A stretch of 62,202 nucleotides of DNA, counting the filler, from Candidatus Fermentibacterota bacterium (GTDB lineage Bacteria; JAFGKV01), in NCBI GenBank assembly GCA_016928395.1. It is 8 parts of 8 records of this genome, joined end to end, with 100 filler letters (N's around TTAATTAATTAA, not from the genome) between each part and the next. Parts side by side here need not be neighbours in the genome. Positions count along the whole stretch, not along the records: positions 17,695 to 22,568 come from JAFGKV010000187.1; positions 22,669 to 27,890 come from JAFGKV010000188.1; positions 27,991 to 32,603 come from JAFGKV010000189.1; 5 more parts are not named here. One strand, written 5' to 3'. The first letter of the stretch is position 1, and each line of letters begins with the position of its first letter. The notes beneath the pieces were generated by a model that was not told the origin of the DNA, searched no databases, and saw nothing but the letters and a program-made list of their open reading frames with translations. Shown piece by piece: positions 19,817 to 29,038 of the stretch. A program made the translations under genes and the position numbers.

Positions 19817-20348
19817 GGTGATACCTCCCATGCAGAAAGTCCATGCGGGAATAGACGCCGCACAGTTGGCCGCAGAAGTCGCAGCGGTACCCCGCGGAAG
19901 ACGTCGGAGGAACTGCTTCGACCCAACCTGCCAGCTCTGCGGGCTCCCCGCTCTCCCCATCAAGGACGGCCGTGGGGTCGGCGATCACTTCGGCCGCCCC
20001 TTCCGCCGCCGCCCGCTCCACAGCGGGCGTCTCGATCCCTTCATTCGGTGGGCTCGCTGCCTCGGCCGGACCCTGATGCGTCACATCTGGCCCCTGGGTC
20101 CCCTGTTTCTGCTGGAGACGTTCACGATAGCGCCGCTGCCGCTCGGCGTGGTTCGCCGCTCCCCGTTCGGTCTGTTGGTACTTGCGGCGAGCTCTGCGGC
20201 AGGACTCTTCCCTACTCTTTTCCGCGCACTCTTCCCCACAGTAGATCTGTCCGCGATCGCAACGGGAGCAGATCCGAACCTGGCGCCGGCAACGCGCGCA
20301 GAGGAACAGACGGTGGGTAGCAGCGCACTCCTGATCAGCGCACCCCAT
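19797..20348 (-). CDS. IS21-internal accessory protein with Cys-rich (Zn-finger-like) motifs
   Basis: [17 protein letters not shown], basic helix, C-terminal CDFC; overlaps the istA start and lies inside the IS end. Confidence 0.65.
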   Translation of the reverse strand: MGCADQECAATHRLFLCARCRRQVRICSRCDRGQIYCGEECAEKSREESCRRARRKYQQTERGAANHAERQRRYRERLQQKQGTQGPDVTHQGPAEAASPPNEGIETPAVERAAAEGAAEVIADPTAVLDGESGEPAELAGWVEAVPPTSSAGYRCDFCGQLCGVYSRMDFLHGRYHRDFTRN

Positions 20349-20369
20349 GGCGACGCACCGTGCCGGGGC

Positions 20370-20477
20370 TGGACAAAGGGCGCGATTCAGGGGATACTGA
20401 TCCCGGGATCAGCGACCTCAATCGCTGGACGGCCCGAAGAGACCCAGGGTGGGCAACACGCGAGGGTCTCTTTTTTT
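20370..20477 (+). ncRNA. Putative promoter plus ~70-nt counter-transcribed small RNA inside the IS21 leader
   Basis: TGGACA-N17-GATACT (20370-20398); hairpin CAGCGA-cctcaa-TCGCTG; terminator stem AAGAGACCC...GGGTCTC followed by T7 (20471-20477). Confidence 0.5.
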
Positions 20478-20721
20478 GTGCCCCGCGGCGGCGTTCTACC
20501 CGAAGAACGGGCCGAGGGGAAGGGGGTAGGTGAGGCGGGCGGTGAGACAGCCTCCGAAATCTCGGGGCTAGGCCGGCTCACCCGCCTTCAGGCGAGGGGG
20601 GGGAAGGGCAGCAAGCCGGAGGGCGGCCGTCAGGCCGCTGCGTCGGACGGTGATAACCGGGCGACCGGGGCGTTCCCAGGCCAGACCGCCGGAATCACGC
20701 GGTTTCAGATCGGCGTTGACA

Positions 20722-22568
20722 TCCGGTCGTCGGAGAACCTGGGCGATATCGGGATGGCCTTTATCCGCGGAGAAACCGCTGATTCCACAGTCGAGGGTTT
20801 CACGCTTGACAAGATCAGTGTGGTTTTCCAGGGTTCCTCCTCTCCCAGGTTGACCAACTGCACCATCAAGGGGAGTTTCGGCGTATTGTGCGAAGGTGAC
20901 TCCGCGCCGGTGTTCACGAATTGTGTGCTCACGGAGAATTGGGGGAACTGCGGTGGAGGCGTGTATTGCACGAACAGTTCCTGCCCTGAGTTCACCGATT
21001 GTGTGATCACCGGGAACGTTACGGATGATCAAATGATTGGCGGCAGAGGCGGTGGCCTCTGTTGCGATGAGAACTCCTGCCCCGTGCTAACCAACTGCAC
21101 GATCACAGGGAATTCGGCTTGTTGGGGTGGCGGCGTTTATTGTAGAAGCAGAGGCCGGCCTGTACTAGCCAATTGCACGATCACGGGGAACGTGGTTGGC
21201 TCTGGCCTTTTGTGCGACGCATCGTCCCCTGAAATTGTAAACTGCATCATTTGGGACAATCCAGGTGGGTCGATTACTCGAGTGGACGGCGCCTCAGACC
21301 CAAACGTTTCCTTTTCCTGTATCGAAGGTGATGAGGTATGGCCTGGTGAAGGAAACATCAATGAAGATCCGCTTTTTTGTGGCTGGGACGGTGCAGAGAT
21401 CCGTGTAACCAATCAGGGCGAGTTTGAGGACGCGCTGACAGGTTTCAGCCTTTCTCTTTCGATCGAGTCGCCGTGCCTTGGGACGGGCCGCGATGGAGCT
21501 GATATGGGCGCTGATACAGGAACCTGCGATGAAGTTGGGGACATTTCACGCCGTATCCAACTCTCAAGAGGTGTATATTCCATAGTCGGATTCAGCCTTT
21601 TTCATAATGTGAGTATCGCCGGTTCAGGAGAAGATGCGACTGTCATCGAAGGAACCGTTTCTGGACTGAGAACCGGAGCAAGGCTGAGCCAACTGAGAGT
21701 AACAAAGGGAGGAGGCGTACATGTAGGATCAGGAGAGGCGCCTGAGATTTCAGACTGCATGATAACCGGGAACGGGGGCGGTGGCATCTCCTGCGCGTTT
21801 CGCTCCTCTCCTATCATCACCAATTGTACGATCAGCGAAAACTCGGCCTGTTTAAGTGGTGCTGGTGTTTCCTGCGTCTCGGCATCTCCTAAATTCACCA
21901 ATTGTAAGATCATCAGGAATTCGACAATCTGCGACGATGGTTATGGTGCGGGGATTGACTGCACCGGTGTCTCCTCTCCCGTGTTCACCAATTGCACGAT
22001 CACGGGGAACCTAGCAACGTTCGGCGGTGGTATCTACTGCGACAGTGACTCCCTCCCCGTGTTCACCAACTGCACGATTTCGGGGAACCTGGCCGAGGCC
22101 GGCGGTGGCGTGTACTGCCGGCTTGACTCCTCACTAATCCTTACCAACTGCATCTTCTGGGCTAATTCCGGCGGGTCTATTTGTGACGTAGAGCCTTCAG
22201 ATGCACAGATATCCTATTCCTGTATCGAAGGGGAGGAAATCTGGCCCGGTGAGGGGAACATTAGCACCGATCCCCTCTTCATTCAGCCCGGCCACTGGGA
22301 CGACAACGATACACCAGACGATACCAGCGACGACATCTGGATCGAAGGCGACTACCACCTCCAGCCCGGCTCACCCTGCATTGACACCGGCACCTCCGAA
22401 GGCGCACCAACAACGGACATCGAAGGAAACGGCAGACCCTGCGGCGCTGGGGTCGACATGGGTGCATACGAGATGGGCAGTTGCCCGGAACCGCCCGAAC
22501 GCTTCGTCCGTGGCGACTCCAACTCAGACGGGAAGCTCGACATCGCAGACCCTATCTACACCCTCCTC
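20722..22568 (+). pseudogene. Parallel beta-helix repeat protein with dockerin-like C-terminus, 5' end cut off by IS21 and 3' end by the contig break
   Basis: Repeats of SSPxFTNCTITGN.A..GGG; DYHLQPGSPCIDTG...VDMGAYE; FVRGDSNSDGKLDIADP; homologous sequence begins right at the IS terminus with no signal peptide. Confidence 0.75.
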
Positions 22569-22785
22569 NNNNNNNNNNNNNNNNNNNNNNNNNNNNNNNN
22601 NNNNNNNNNNNNTTAATTAATTAANNNNNNNNNNNNNNNNNNNNNNNNNNNNNNNNNNNNNNNNNNNNTCGCCCGACTACCTACGACAGAACGGATGAGC
22701 GGGTCGTTTTTCTGCAGGAATAGAACCGGGAAGCGTTGGCAGTTTGGGAATGGCACCGCGGAAGAGGCGAGGGCGGATCACCTTG

Positions 22786-22813
22786 GCCACTATTCTCACC
22801 TGAGAATAGTGGC
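22786..22813. repeat. Perfect 13-bp inverted repeat
   Basis: GCCACTATTCTCA-CC-TGAGAATAGTGGC. Confidence 0.7.
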
Positions 22814-22990
22814 GGCCAGTGGGCGTGGAGCAGGCTGCACGCGGACAGCAGTCCGGCAGGGTGCAGGTCCTCTGCGCCTTCACCGTGCGACTCTTCGATC
22901 CGCTCCATCTCGCCAGTTATCCGGCGCGTTCCCCACGTCCCCGAAGCGCGACCCCATCAAATCCCCAAGTGCACTACATGAGCCCACTAG

Positions 22991-23070
22991 CCTGACCCCA
23001 TCAGCCGTCTCCTGACCCCACCAGCCGTCTCCTGAACCCACTAGCCGTCTCCTGAACCCACTAGCCGTCT
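22991..23070. repeat. Four tandem copies of a 20-bp unit
   Basis: CCTGA(C/A)CCCAYYAGCCGTCT x4 with no spacers. Confidence 0.9.
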
Positions 23071-23113
23071 CCCGGACATGGGCAAACCGCGGCGCCCGAA
23101 GTGGATCCCGTGC

Positions 23114-24742
23114 CTACGGTACCGAGCTGTAGTCAAACTCCCCGACGCGATTCGACCTGACCAACTCCTGCTCCCAGGCGTTTACAGCCAGGATCAGATA
23201 CGTCCAATCGTGATAGGGGATGGCGACGCCGTTTGAACTGGACCATGCGGTGGTGGGAGGAGACACCTGGGCCACGCGATGAGTCCAGGGTGATGTCAGG
23301 CCGGGTTCGAAATACGCCTGGTTCTCGGCCCCGTAGACCCAGTATTCAGCCACGTCTATCACCTCGGGCCACTGCAAGACCAGCTGCCCTCCGGTCACAC
23401 TGCTGGACAGGACCAGCGGTGGCGGTATCGCGAATACGTATGCTCTCCCGTCATCGGTCAGTTCGGCATCTTCGTTGTAGGCTCCCGCCACAACGTCATC
23501 GAGTCCGTCGTTGTTGACATCGCCCGCACCCGACACCGAGAACCCGAAGTACCCATCAATCTCGGGATGCGTTGACAGCAGTGTGTACAGGGGCTTGCCC
23601 GTGCATCCGCTGAAGACGTAGCCCCTCCCGGCGCTGACGGCACCGCCGTCTTCCAGGTAGGCACCCACCGTCACATCGGCGAAGCCGTCACCGTTCACGT
23701 CTCCCGCGCCCGAGACCGAATAACCGAAGAAGCCTACCGCCTGCGCATTGGGAGACACTAGCGTATAGAGAAGGCCGCCCGTCTGCCCGCTGAAGACATA
23801 GGCTCTTCCCGTATATGGTGGTCCACCGTCTTTGTAATGGGCTCCTACGATCAGGTCGGCATAGCCGTCGGCATTGACGTCTCCCGCGCCCGAGACCGAA
23901 TAGCCGAAGTAGCTCAGCGTGTCTGCGTTCGGTGACACAAGGGTATGGAGCAGAACACCCGTCTGCCCGTTGAATACATACGCTCTGCCGGCGTCGGGAG
24001 CCGGGGCGCTCTCGTAGCACGCGCCGACGATCACGTCATCGAATCCATCGTTTTTGACATCCCCCGCGCCCGAGACGGAGATGCCGAAGTGGCCATAGGA
24101 TTCGGGGTTTGGGGATTCAAGCATCATGTGTAGGGCGCCGGTCTGCCCGCTGAAGATGTATGCCCTGCCTGTCTGTGTGTCTCCACCGTCCTCGTAGTGT
24201 GCGCCCACGATCAGGTCGGCGAATCCATCGCCGTCGGTCTCTCCCGCGCCGGAGACGCTGGTGCCGAAATACCCGATGAATTGGGCATTGGGGGACAGCA
24301 GGGTGTGGATCGGACCACCCGTCTGCCCACTGAAGACATAAGCCCTCCCCGCGTTCACCTCGCCGCCGTCTTCGCTGTCCGCTCCGACCACTATGTCGGC
24401 ATAGCCATCATTGTCGACGTCTCCGGCGCCGGACACGGAGCAGCCGAAGTAGCCGTCGATCTCAGGGTTCGGTGACATCAGCACATGGAGCGGGTTGCCC
24501 GTCCGTCCACTCATGATGTAGGCCCGGCCCGCATCCGCCGCTCCGCCATTCTCGTAGCACGCTCCCACAGCGAGATCCGCGTACCCGTCGATGTCAGTGT
24601 CGCCGGCCCCTGAGACCGAGAGGCCAAACGCACCCGAAACCTCAGGATTCGGCGACATGAAGGCGTGAAGCACTTGGGCGCGTGCGTCTTGGATACTGGC
24701 ACTGACCAAGACCCAGATGAGAGCTCGAGCGAATCCCTTCAT
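23114..24742 (-). CDS. Secreted FG-GAP (integrin-alpha-like) beta-propeller protein with SNRVGEFD C-terminal domain
   Basis: Signal peptide ending ARA; seven FGxSVSGAGDVxxDGxxDxxVGA...GRAY repeats; C-terminus RSNRVGEFDYSSVP. Confidence 0.9.
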   Translation of the reverse strand: MKGFARALIWVLVSASIQDARAQVLHAFMSPNPEVSGAFGLSVSGAGDTDIDGYADLAVGACYENGGAADAGRAYIMSGRTGNPLHVLMSPNPEIDGYFGCSVSGAGDVDNDGYADIVVGADSEDGGEVNAGRAYVFSGQTGGPIHTLLSPNAQFIGYFGTSVSGAGETDGDGFADLIVGAHYEDGGDTQTGRAYIFSGQTGALHMMLESPNPESYGHFGISVSGAGDVKNDGFDDVIVGACYESAPAPDAGRAYVFNGQTGVLLHTLVSPNADTLSYFGYSVSGAGDVNADGYADLIVGAHYKDGGPPYTGRAYVFSGQTGGLLYTLVSPNAQAVGFFGYSVSGAGDVNGDGFADVTVGAYLEDGGAVSAGRGYVFSGCTGKPLYTLLSTHPEIDGYFGFSVSGAGDVNNDGLDDVVAGAYNEDAELTDDGRAYVFAIPPPLVLSSSVTGGQLVLQWPEVIDVAEYWVYGAENQAYFEPGLTSPWTHRVAQVSPPTTAWSSSNGVAIPYHDWTYLILAVNAWEQELVRSNRVGEFDYSSVP

Positions 24743-24775
24743 GGTGTCTCTACCTCACATTCCTTGAGCCCGCTG

Positions 24776-26668
24776 TCAGTCTTCAATCGAAGGCCCCTTC
24801 GGTTCTCCGAGATCATGAGACGGCATACCTATCCCGTTGTTCGTAACAAGGTCGCGCTTGGTCGGGTCTGATGCCACAATGTCGCGCATTGCAGTGGGGC
24901 GCTCACGTGACAGCTGGGCTCGGTAGTCCTCCCTGGCTCGCTCTTGCTCCACGTGTTGCCGATCGGCAGCCTCGGGGTAGAGGTATGAGTCGGTTCGCGC
25001 GGCTTCGCAGAGGTCGAGCCGTTTCGCCTCGTACCCACGGCGCTTTGCCACGACGCGATAGTCGAAGGGAAGGTTCGACGCTCCCCCGCGGAACTCGACG
25101 ACATCGAACCCCGTGTCACTCTTGCTGACATAGACCCCCTCACACTCCCCGCCCAACTGCACGAACACCATCATCGGATTCGCGTCATCGATAGTGACGG
25201 TTTCCAGGAAGACCTCATCCAACTCGACGTGGGCGCGACCGTCCGCCAGCCGGCTGTGCCCGAAGTCTTCGAACCAGTTCTCGGGACTCTCCTGGCAGTA
25301 GAGCAGCGTCGGTCCCTTCGATGTACGCACCACACAGCTCTTGGTGCCCGATCCTGCCAGGTTGCCTTGATAGTAGACTCCATACCCCGAGGGTGAGCAG
25401 TTCTGCCCGTAGACCCCGTAGGAGACTCCTATGGAACCTTCCGACTTGCCGTATACCGCGAACCCACCACCCGGCACATGAACCAGGCCATACACGCCCA
25501 GGGCGCTCGTGCCCGTTGTGGCAACGACCTCGCCTACGACCCCGCACCCGCCCATGGCCGCCGTGTTCACACCATACACTCCGTAGCCGAAGCCGCCCGC
25601 CTTTCCCTGCACGCCATTGGCGAACCCACCTGTGGTTTCTCCGTATACTCCCGCGCCGTGGTAGGCGTGGTGAAGCCCGTATACCCCATAGGTCGTGGCA
25701 TTCTCTATGGCCTCGGCGACTCCCTGCACCGCCCTGCCGTCGGTGGAGTTGGTCTGACCGAACACACCCCAGGCGGATCCGCTGACAGCATTGTTCTGTC
25801 CCATGACCGCGTAGCCATCCGGGGCGCAGAGGTAACCCTCGACTCCGCGGGGATCCCCGCTGGTTGCGCTGGCATACCCGAATACGCCGCACCCCTCCGA
25901 TGATGCGGATTCGCCGTAGACGCCGTAGGCGTTGCCGGAGGCGGCCGAGGCTGTTCCGTGGATTCCGTCGCTGATGGGACTGGCCGCGACCGCATGCACG
26001 CCCATGCTGTAACCACCGGCATTCGGGGCCTGGGCGTAGATCGCCCTACCTTCGATGGAGAGCGTCTGAGCGAACACCGCGTGCGCTTCCCCGGGCGTAC
26101 CATAGTTGCGCGCGAATACGCCGCTTCCATTGGGAGAATGACACTCCGCATAGAGCCCATGGGTAAAGCCCGTCGAGGGCGTCGAGGATGCGCGGAGTGC
26201 GGACGCATCAGCTCCGGCATTCGAGTTGAAGGCGGCGAGGATCGACCCAGGCAAAGATCCACTCACCTCGGTGCCGGCCACCAGTCCACTGGCCATGTAG
26301 GCATAACCAACGCTTACCAGGCGCTGCCGGGGGCTCTGCGAGATGAGGTTGAAGTAGACCTGCAACCAGTGGTCCTCGTTGAATGCCAGTCCCAATGCCG
26401 GCATGCTACCGGCTCCCAGCACTACGCTGAACACGCCCCCGGACACCGCCACGGTTTGTGGCCCGCTATCCCAGAGCTGCGTGCCCCCGGTTTCGGCATC
26501 ATAGATCTGAAACCGCATGGGATACGACGCATCTGCCACCGGAGTCCCTCCGCTGTCCGTGACTTTGCCCTGGTAGCTGATCATCTGCGGGATCTCCGCA
26601 TGAACCACCGCCATTCCCCACAGGGCCACGATCAACAATCCACGCACGATACCCGACCATTCTCGCAT
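24776..26668 (-). CDS. Secreted Gly-rich repeat (fibre/beta-solenoid-like) protein, paralogue of 46436-48466
   Basis: AGGAGG RBS; signal peptide; IPQMISYQGKVTDSGGTPV N-domain; GVxG repeats; KSCVV.TSKGPTL.YCQESPENWFED C-domain. Confidence 0.8.
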   Translation of the reverse strand: MREWSGIVRGLLIVALWGMAVVHAEIPQMISYQGKVTDSGGTPVADASYPMRFQIYDAETGGTQLWDSGPQTVAVSGGVFSVVLGAGSMPALGLAFNEDHWLQVYFNLISQSPRQRLVSVGYAYMASGLVAGTEVSGSLPGSILAAFNSNAGADASALRASSTPSTGFTHGLYAECHSPNGSGVFARNYGTPGEAHAVFAQTLSIEGRAIYAQAPNAGGYSMGVHAVAASPISDGIHGTASAASGNAYGVYGESASSEGCGVFGYASATSGDPRGVEGYLCAPDGYAVMGQNNAVSGSAWGVFGQTNSTDGRAVQGVAEAIENATTYGVYGLHHAYHGAGVYGETTGGFANGVQGKAGGFGYGVYGVNTAAMGGCGVVGEVVATTGTSALGVYGLVHVPGGGFAVYGKSEGSIGVSYGVYGQNCSPSGYGVYYQGNLAGSGTKSCVVRTSKGPTLLYCQESPENWFEDFGHSRLADGRAHVELDEVFLETVTIDDANPMMVFVQLGGECEGVYVSKSDTGFDVVEFRGGASNLPFDYRVVAKRRGYEAKRLDLCEAARTDSYLYPEAADRQHVEQERAREDYRAQLSRERPTAMRDIVASDPTKRDLVTNNGIGMPSHDLGEPKGPSIED

Positions 26669-27041
26669 GATATGCCTCCTGAAGGACCGCGCACTCCATG
26701 CGAATCGATACCGCGCCGGGCGAGGAGTGCACAATCACCCGGCAGAGATGCAACATTAGATGTACGTTGCGTATGGGTCAGATCTCGCACACCAGGGGTC
26801 GACCGGTCCGGTGGGGTGATATCAGGGAGGGCGATTGGGGTATTGACTGGTGAAGGATCGTGTATATGGTACGCCTCCGGAAGCACACCAGACAGGAGGA
26901 TGATGCAGTGAGTGCTGCTGATTGGGGACGAAGAGGTATTGGCTTTCGTGATGTCGTGGGAGGGGAAGCAAAGCGGAGGCTTCCATCGCAGGAGTATCTC
27001 GAGTGGACCGGCCATGGAGAGACCGGAAGGGAGGCGGAGCC

Positions 27042-27524
27042 ATGATCGACAAAGAGAGTCTTGCGGACGTGACCGGCATGGAGCCGAAGCAAAGAGACTA
27101 CTATCAGAAGCTCCGCAGGCGCATCCGTATGTGGTTTGAGAGGAAGGCGGAGAGATCACCTACGTGGGCGGAGTACATCCTCTTCGCGCCTGACCTGTTC
27201 CATCTGCTCTGCAAGCTGATGACGGATGATGATGTCCCTGCTAAGGACAAGGCAAAGGTGGCCGTTGCCATTGCATATTTCATCTCACCGTTTGAACTCG
27301 TGCCGGAGGGGGTTGTGGGCCCCATCGGGTATATCGACGATATCGCTCTTGCAGCCTACGTGCTTGATGGGATCATAAACAATGCTGGGGCGGATGTGCT
27401 CAGACGGCACTGGGCAGGCGAGGATGATGTGCTCGAGGTGGTCCAGCTCATCCTCCGCCGGGCCACCTCGATCCTCGGGCGACTCTGGAGCAAGCTTGTC
27501 AAGGTAGTGGATCGCATCACGTAG
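27042..27524 (+). CDS. YkvA/DUF1232 family membrane protein
   Basis: APDLFHLL..L..D.DVP, AIAYFISPFELVPE..GPIGYIDD. Confidence 0.85.
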   Translation: MIDKESLADVTGMEPKQRDYYQKLRRRIRMWFERKAERSPTWAEYILFAPDLFHLLCKLMTDDDVPAKDKAKVAVAIAYFISPFELVPEGVVGPIGYIDDIALAAYVLDGIINNAGADVLRRHWAGEDDVLEVVQLILRRATSILGRLWSKLVKVVDRIT

Positions 27525-28067
27525 TGACGCGTGGGATTCGCCCCGTCACTAGAAAGGGTGTAGTGGGGGATGCCCAAGACCCACTCTGCTACAGCGACTC
27601 CGATTATGAACCAGGATCGATTGAAGCTGGATCGGCAGCACGACCTAATCGATCCTATGCATCCTGCATCCCCCGCAGCTCTCGTATCAAAGCACGGCCG
27701 ACTGGCAGGTGCGCGTCTTGTTCTCCATGTTGGATACACAGGGAGGCGCTAAACTCATCCATGTATTGAACATGCCGCTCAGGAGAGCGGCCTCAGTGGG
27801 GCCAGGTATTGCATTTGGGATTCTTGGCGAATAGGCGACGGGGAGAGACGGAACAGGCGGGGAAAAGCAATCGCTTGGCGTGCTTGAGCANNNNNNNNNN
27901 NNNNNNNNNNNNNNNNNNNNNNNNNNNNNNNNNNTTAATTAATTAANNNNNNNNNNNNNNNNNNNNNNNNNNNNNNNNNNNNNNNNNNNNCTCTCCACTG
28001 CGTAAACCATTCCCATGGGGCGGCACCTCATCAGTACCGGCAGCGTCGAGTGGCCCGTTTCTCCCGA

Positions 28068-28146
28068 ATCGCTATCGAAATCGCTATCGCTATCGGTTTC
28101 GATATCGGTTCTCCCCTTCGATTCCGATATCGATATCGATTTCGAC
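28068..28146. repeat. Hexamer-repeat (ATCGxT-type) array with inverted halves
   Basis: ATCGCTATCGAAATCGCTATCGCTATCGGTTTCGATATCGG...TTCGATTCCGATATCGATATCGATTTCGA. Confidence 0.75.
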
Positions 28147-28206
28147 GCCCCATTCCCATCTCCCCGCCATCATGACCCCGACACTCATTCGATCCAGGAG
28201 GTATGA

Positions 28207-28643
28207 ATGAGGCTATCCCTCCTGCTGCTGTTCTGCAGTCTGTGCGGTGGCCTCGCGCCACTCCGGGAGGCCGAGCCTGCCCCGGATCTGAATGATCTCG
28301 CCGCCTGGGCCACTGCCCGATTGGACGATGGGGTCTCGTTCGAGCCAGAGACCCTGTGGGGGGATCTGAGCCTCCTAAGGATCCTGCGCGACACCGTCAC
28401 CGTGGGCCTCGTCTACGAATCCCTGGCTCGTCACGGATGCAGCCGGGTTCCCTCGGTGCATCTCGCAGCGAGTCCTCCCCACGTACCCCCAACTACCAGT
28501 TGGGAAAGGAGGTGGTGCCATTTGCGTCCCGCAACCCAGGCTACAGGGGTGCCTGCCATAGCAGAGTCGGGGTGCTGTTCGACTCACTAGGCCCCCCGGC
28601 TCTCGGTCCTGGGTCGGCTCAGCTGACATTGGGATTGCGGTGA
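28207..28643 (+). pseudogene. Hypothetical secreted protein, possibly frameshifted near 28470
   Basis: AGGAGG RBS and signal-like N-terminus MRLSLLLLFC; sequence becomes low quality after ~88 aa and another frame stays open to 28643. Confidence 0.3.
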
Positions 28644-28750
28644 ATCCATGTGGCGAGCAGTGGCTGTATCAATCTGCATAGGCTCGGCAAGCGAGAATTG
28701 CACAATGCGCGCCGGGAGACCGGGCGAGACAAAGACGGGAGGACGTGATC

Positions 28751-28909
28751 ATGTTCGATTTCACGGTGTTTGACTTGGAGACCCCACCGGATTGCCGCGA
28801 CACAAGCTGCGGATCGACCTGCAGCCCAGTCCAGGGCACCGGCCAGGGCGGAGGCACCGTTTGCACTGGCTCCATGGGCTGCAATGCCACTGAGGGAGCA
28901 CCCTGGTAG
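28751..28909 (+). CDS. Putative RiPP precursor peptide, 52 aa (MFDFTVFDLETPPDCRDTSCGSTCSPVQGTGQGGGTVCTGSMGCNATEGAPW)
   Basis: GGAGG RBS 8 nt upstream, double TAG stop, 5 Cys, Ser/Thr/Gly-rich core, directly upstream of a SPASM gene; below the ORF-track size cut-off. Confidence 0.7.
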   Translation: MFDFTVFDLETPPDCRDTSCGSTCSPVQGTGQGGGTVCTGSMGCNATEGAPW

Positions 28910-29038
28910 TAGGGTCTCACCACATGGTCCGTCCATTGCTGGAGTGGCCGACTCTAGCTGTACGTCCGGGGCCTCACGCTGCCGCCTCGTGCGTTCTGTC
29001 ACACATCATCAACCTTCCACCAAACCGGGGCAGGTCCA

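Larger units (their letters stand above)
17695..20721 (-). mobile_element. IS21-family element (far end lost at the contig break)
   Basis: istA-istB pair; terminal sequence TGTCAACGCCGATCTGAAACC on the minus strand starting at 20721; abrupt junction with a 5'-truncated gene. Confidence 0.88.

Noticed and set aside
19818-20721. N-terminal ~300 aa of the 932-aa ORF 19818..22616
   Set aside because: It is the antisense strand of the IS21 leader and accessory ORF, open by chance in GC-rich DNA; real homology starts after 20721.
22991-23070. CRISPR array
   Set aside because: The 20-bp units abut with no unique spacers, and there are no cas genes in the window.
26908-27045. Small ORF coupled upstream of the YkvA-like gene
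   Set aside because: It has an RBS and an ATGA overlap but no recognisable features, so support is insufficient.
28683-28702. Sigma54 promoter upstream of the precursor peptide
   Set aside because: The GG-to-GC spacing is 12 nt rather than the required 10.
28751-28909. Class I lanthipeptide assignment from the FDLE leader
   Set aside because: No LanB/LanC on the contig; the adjacent enzyme is a SPASM radical SAM remnant, so the class is left open.
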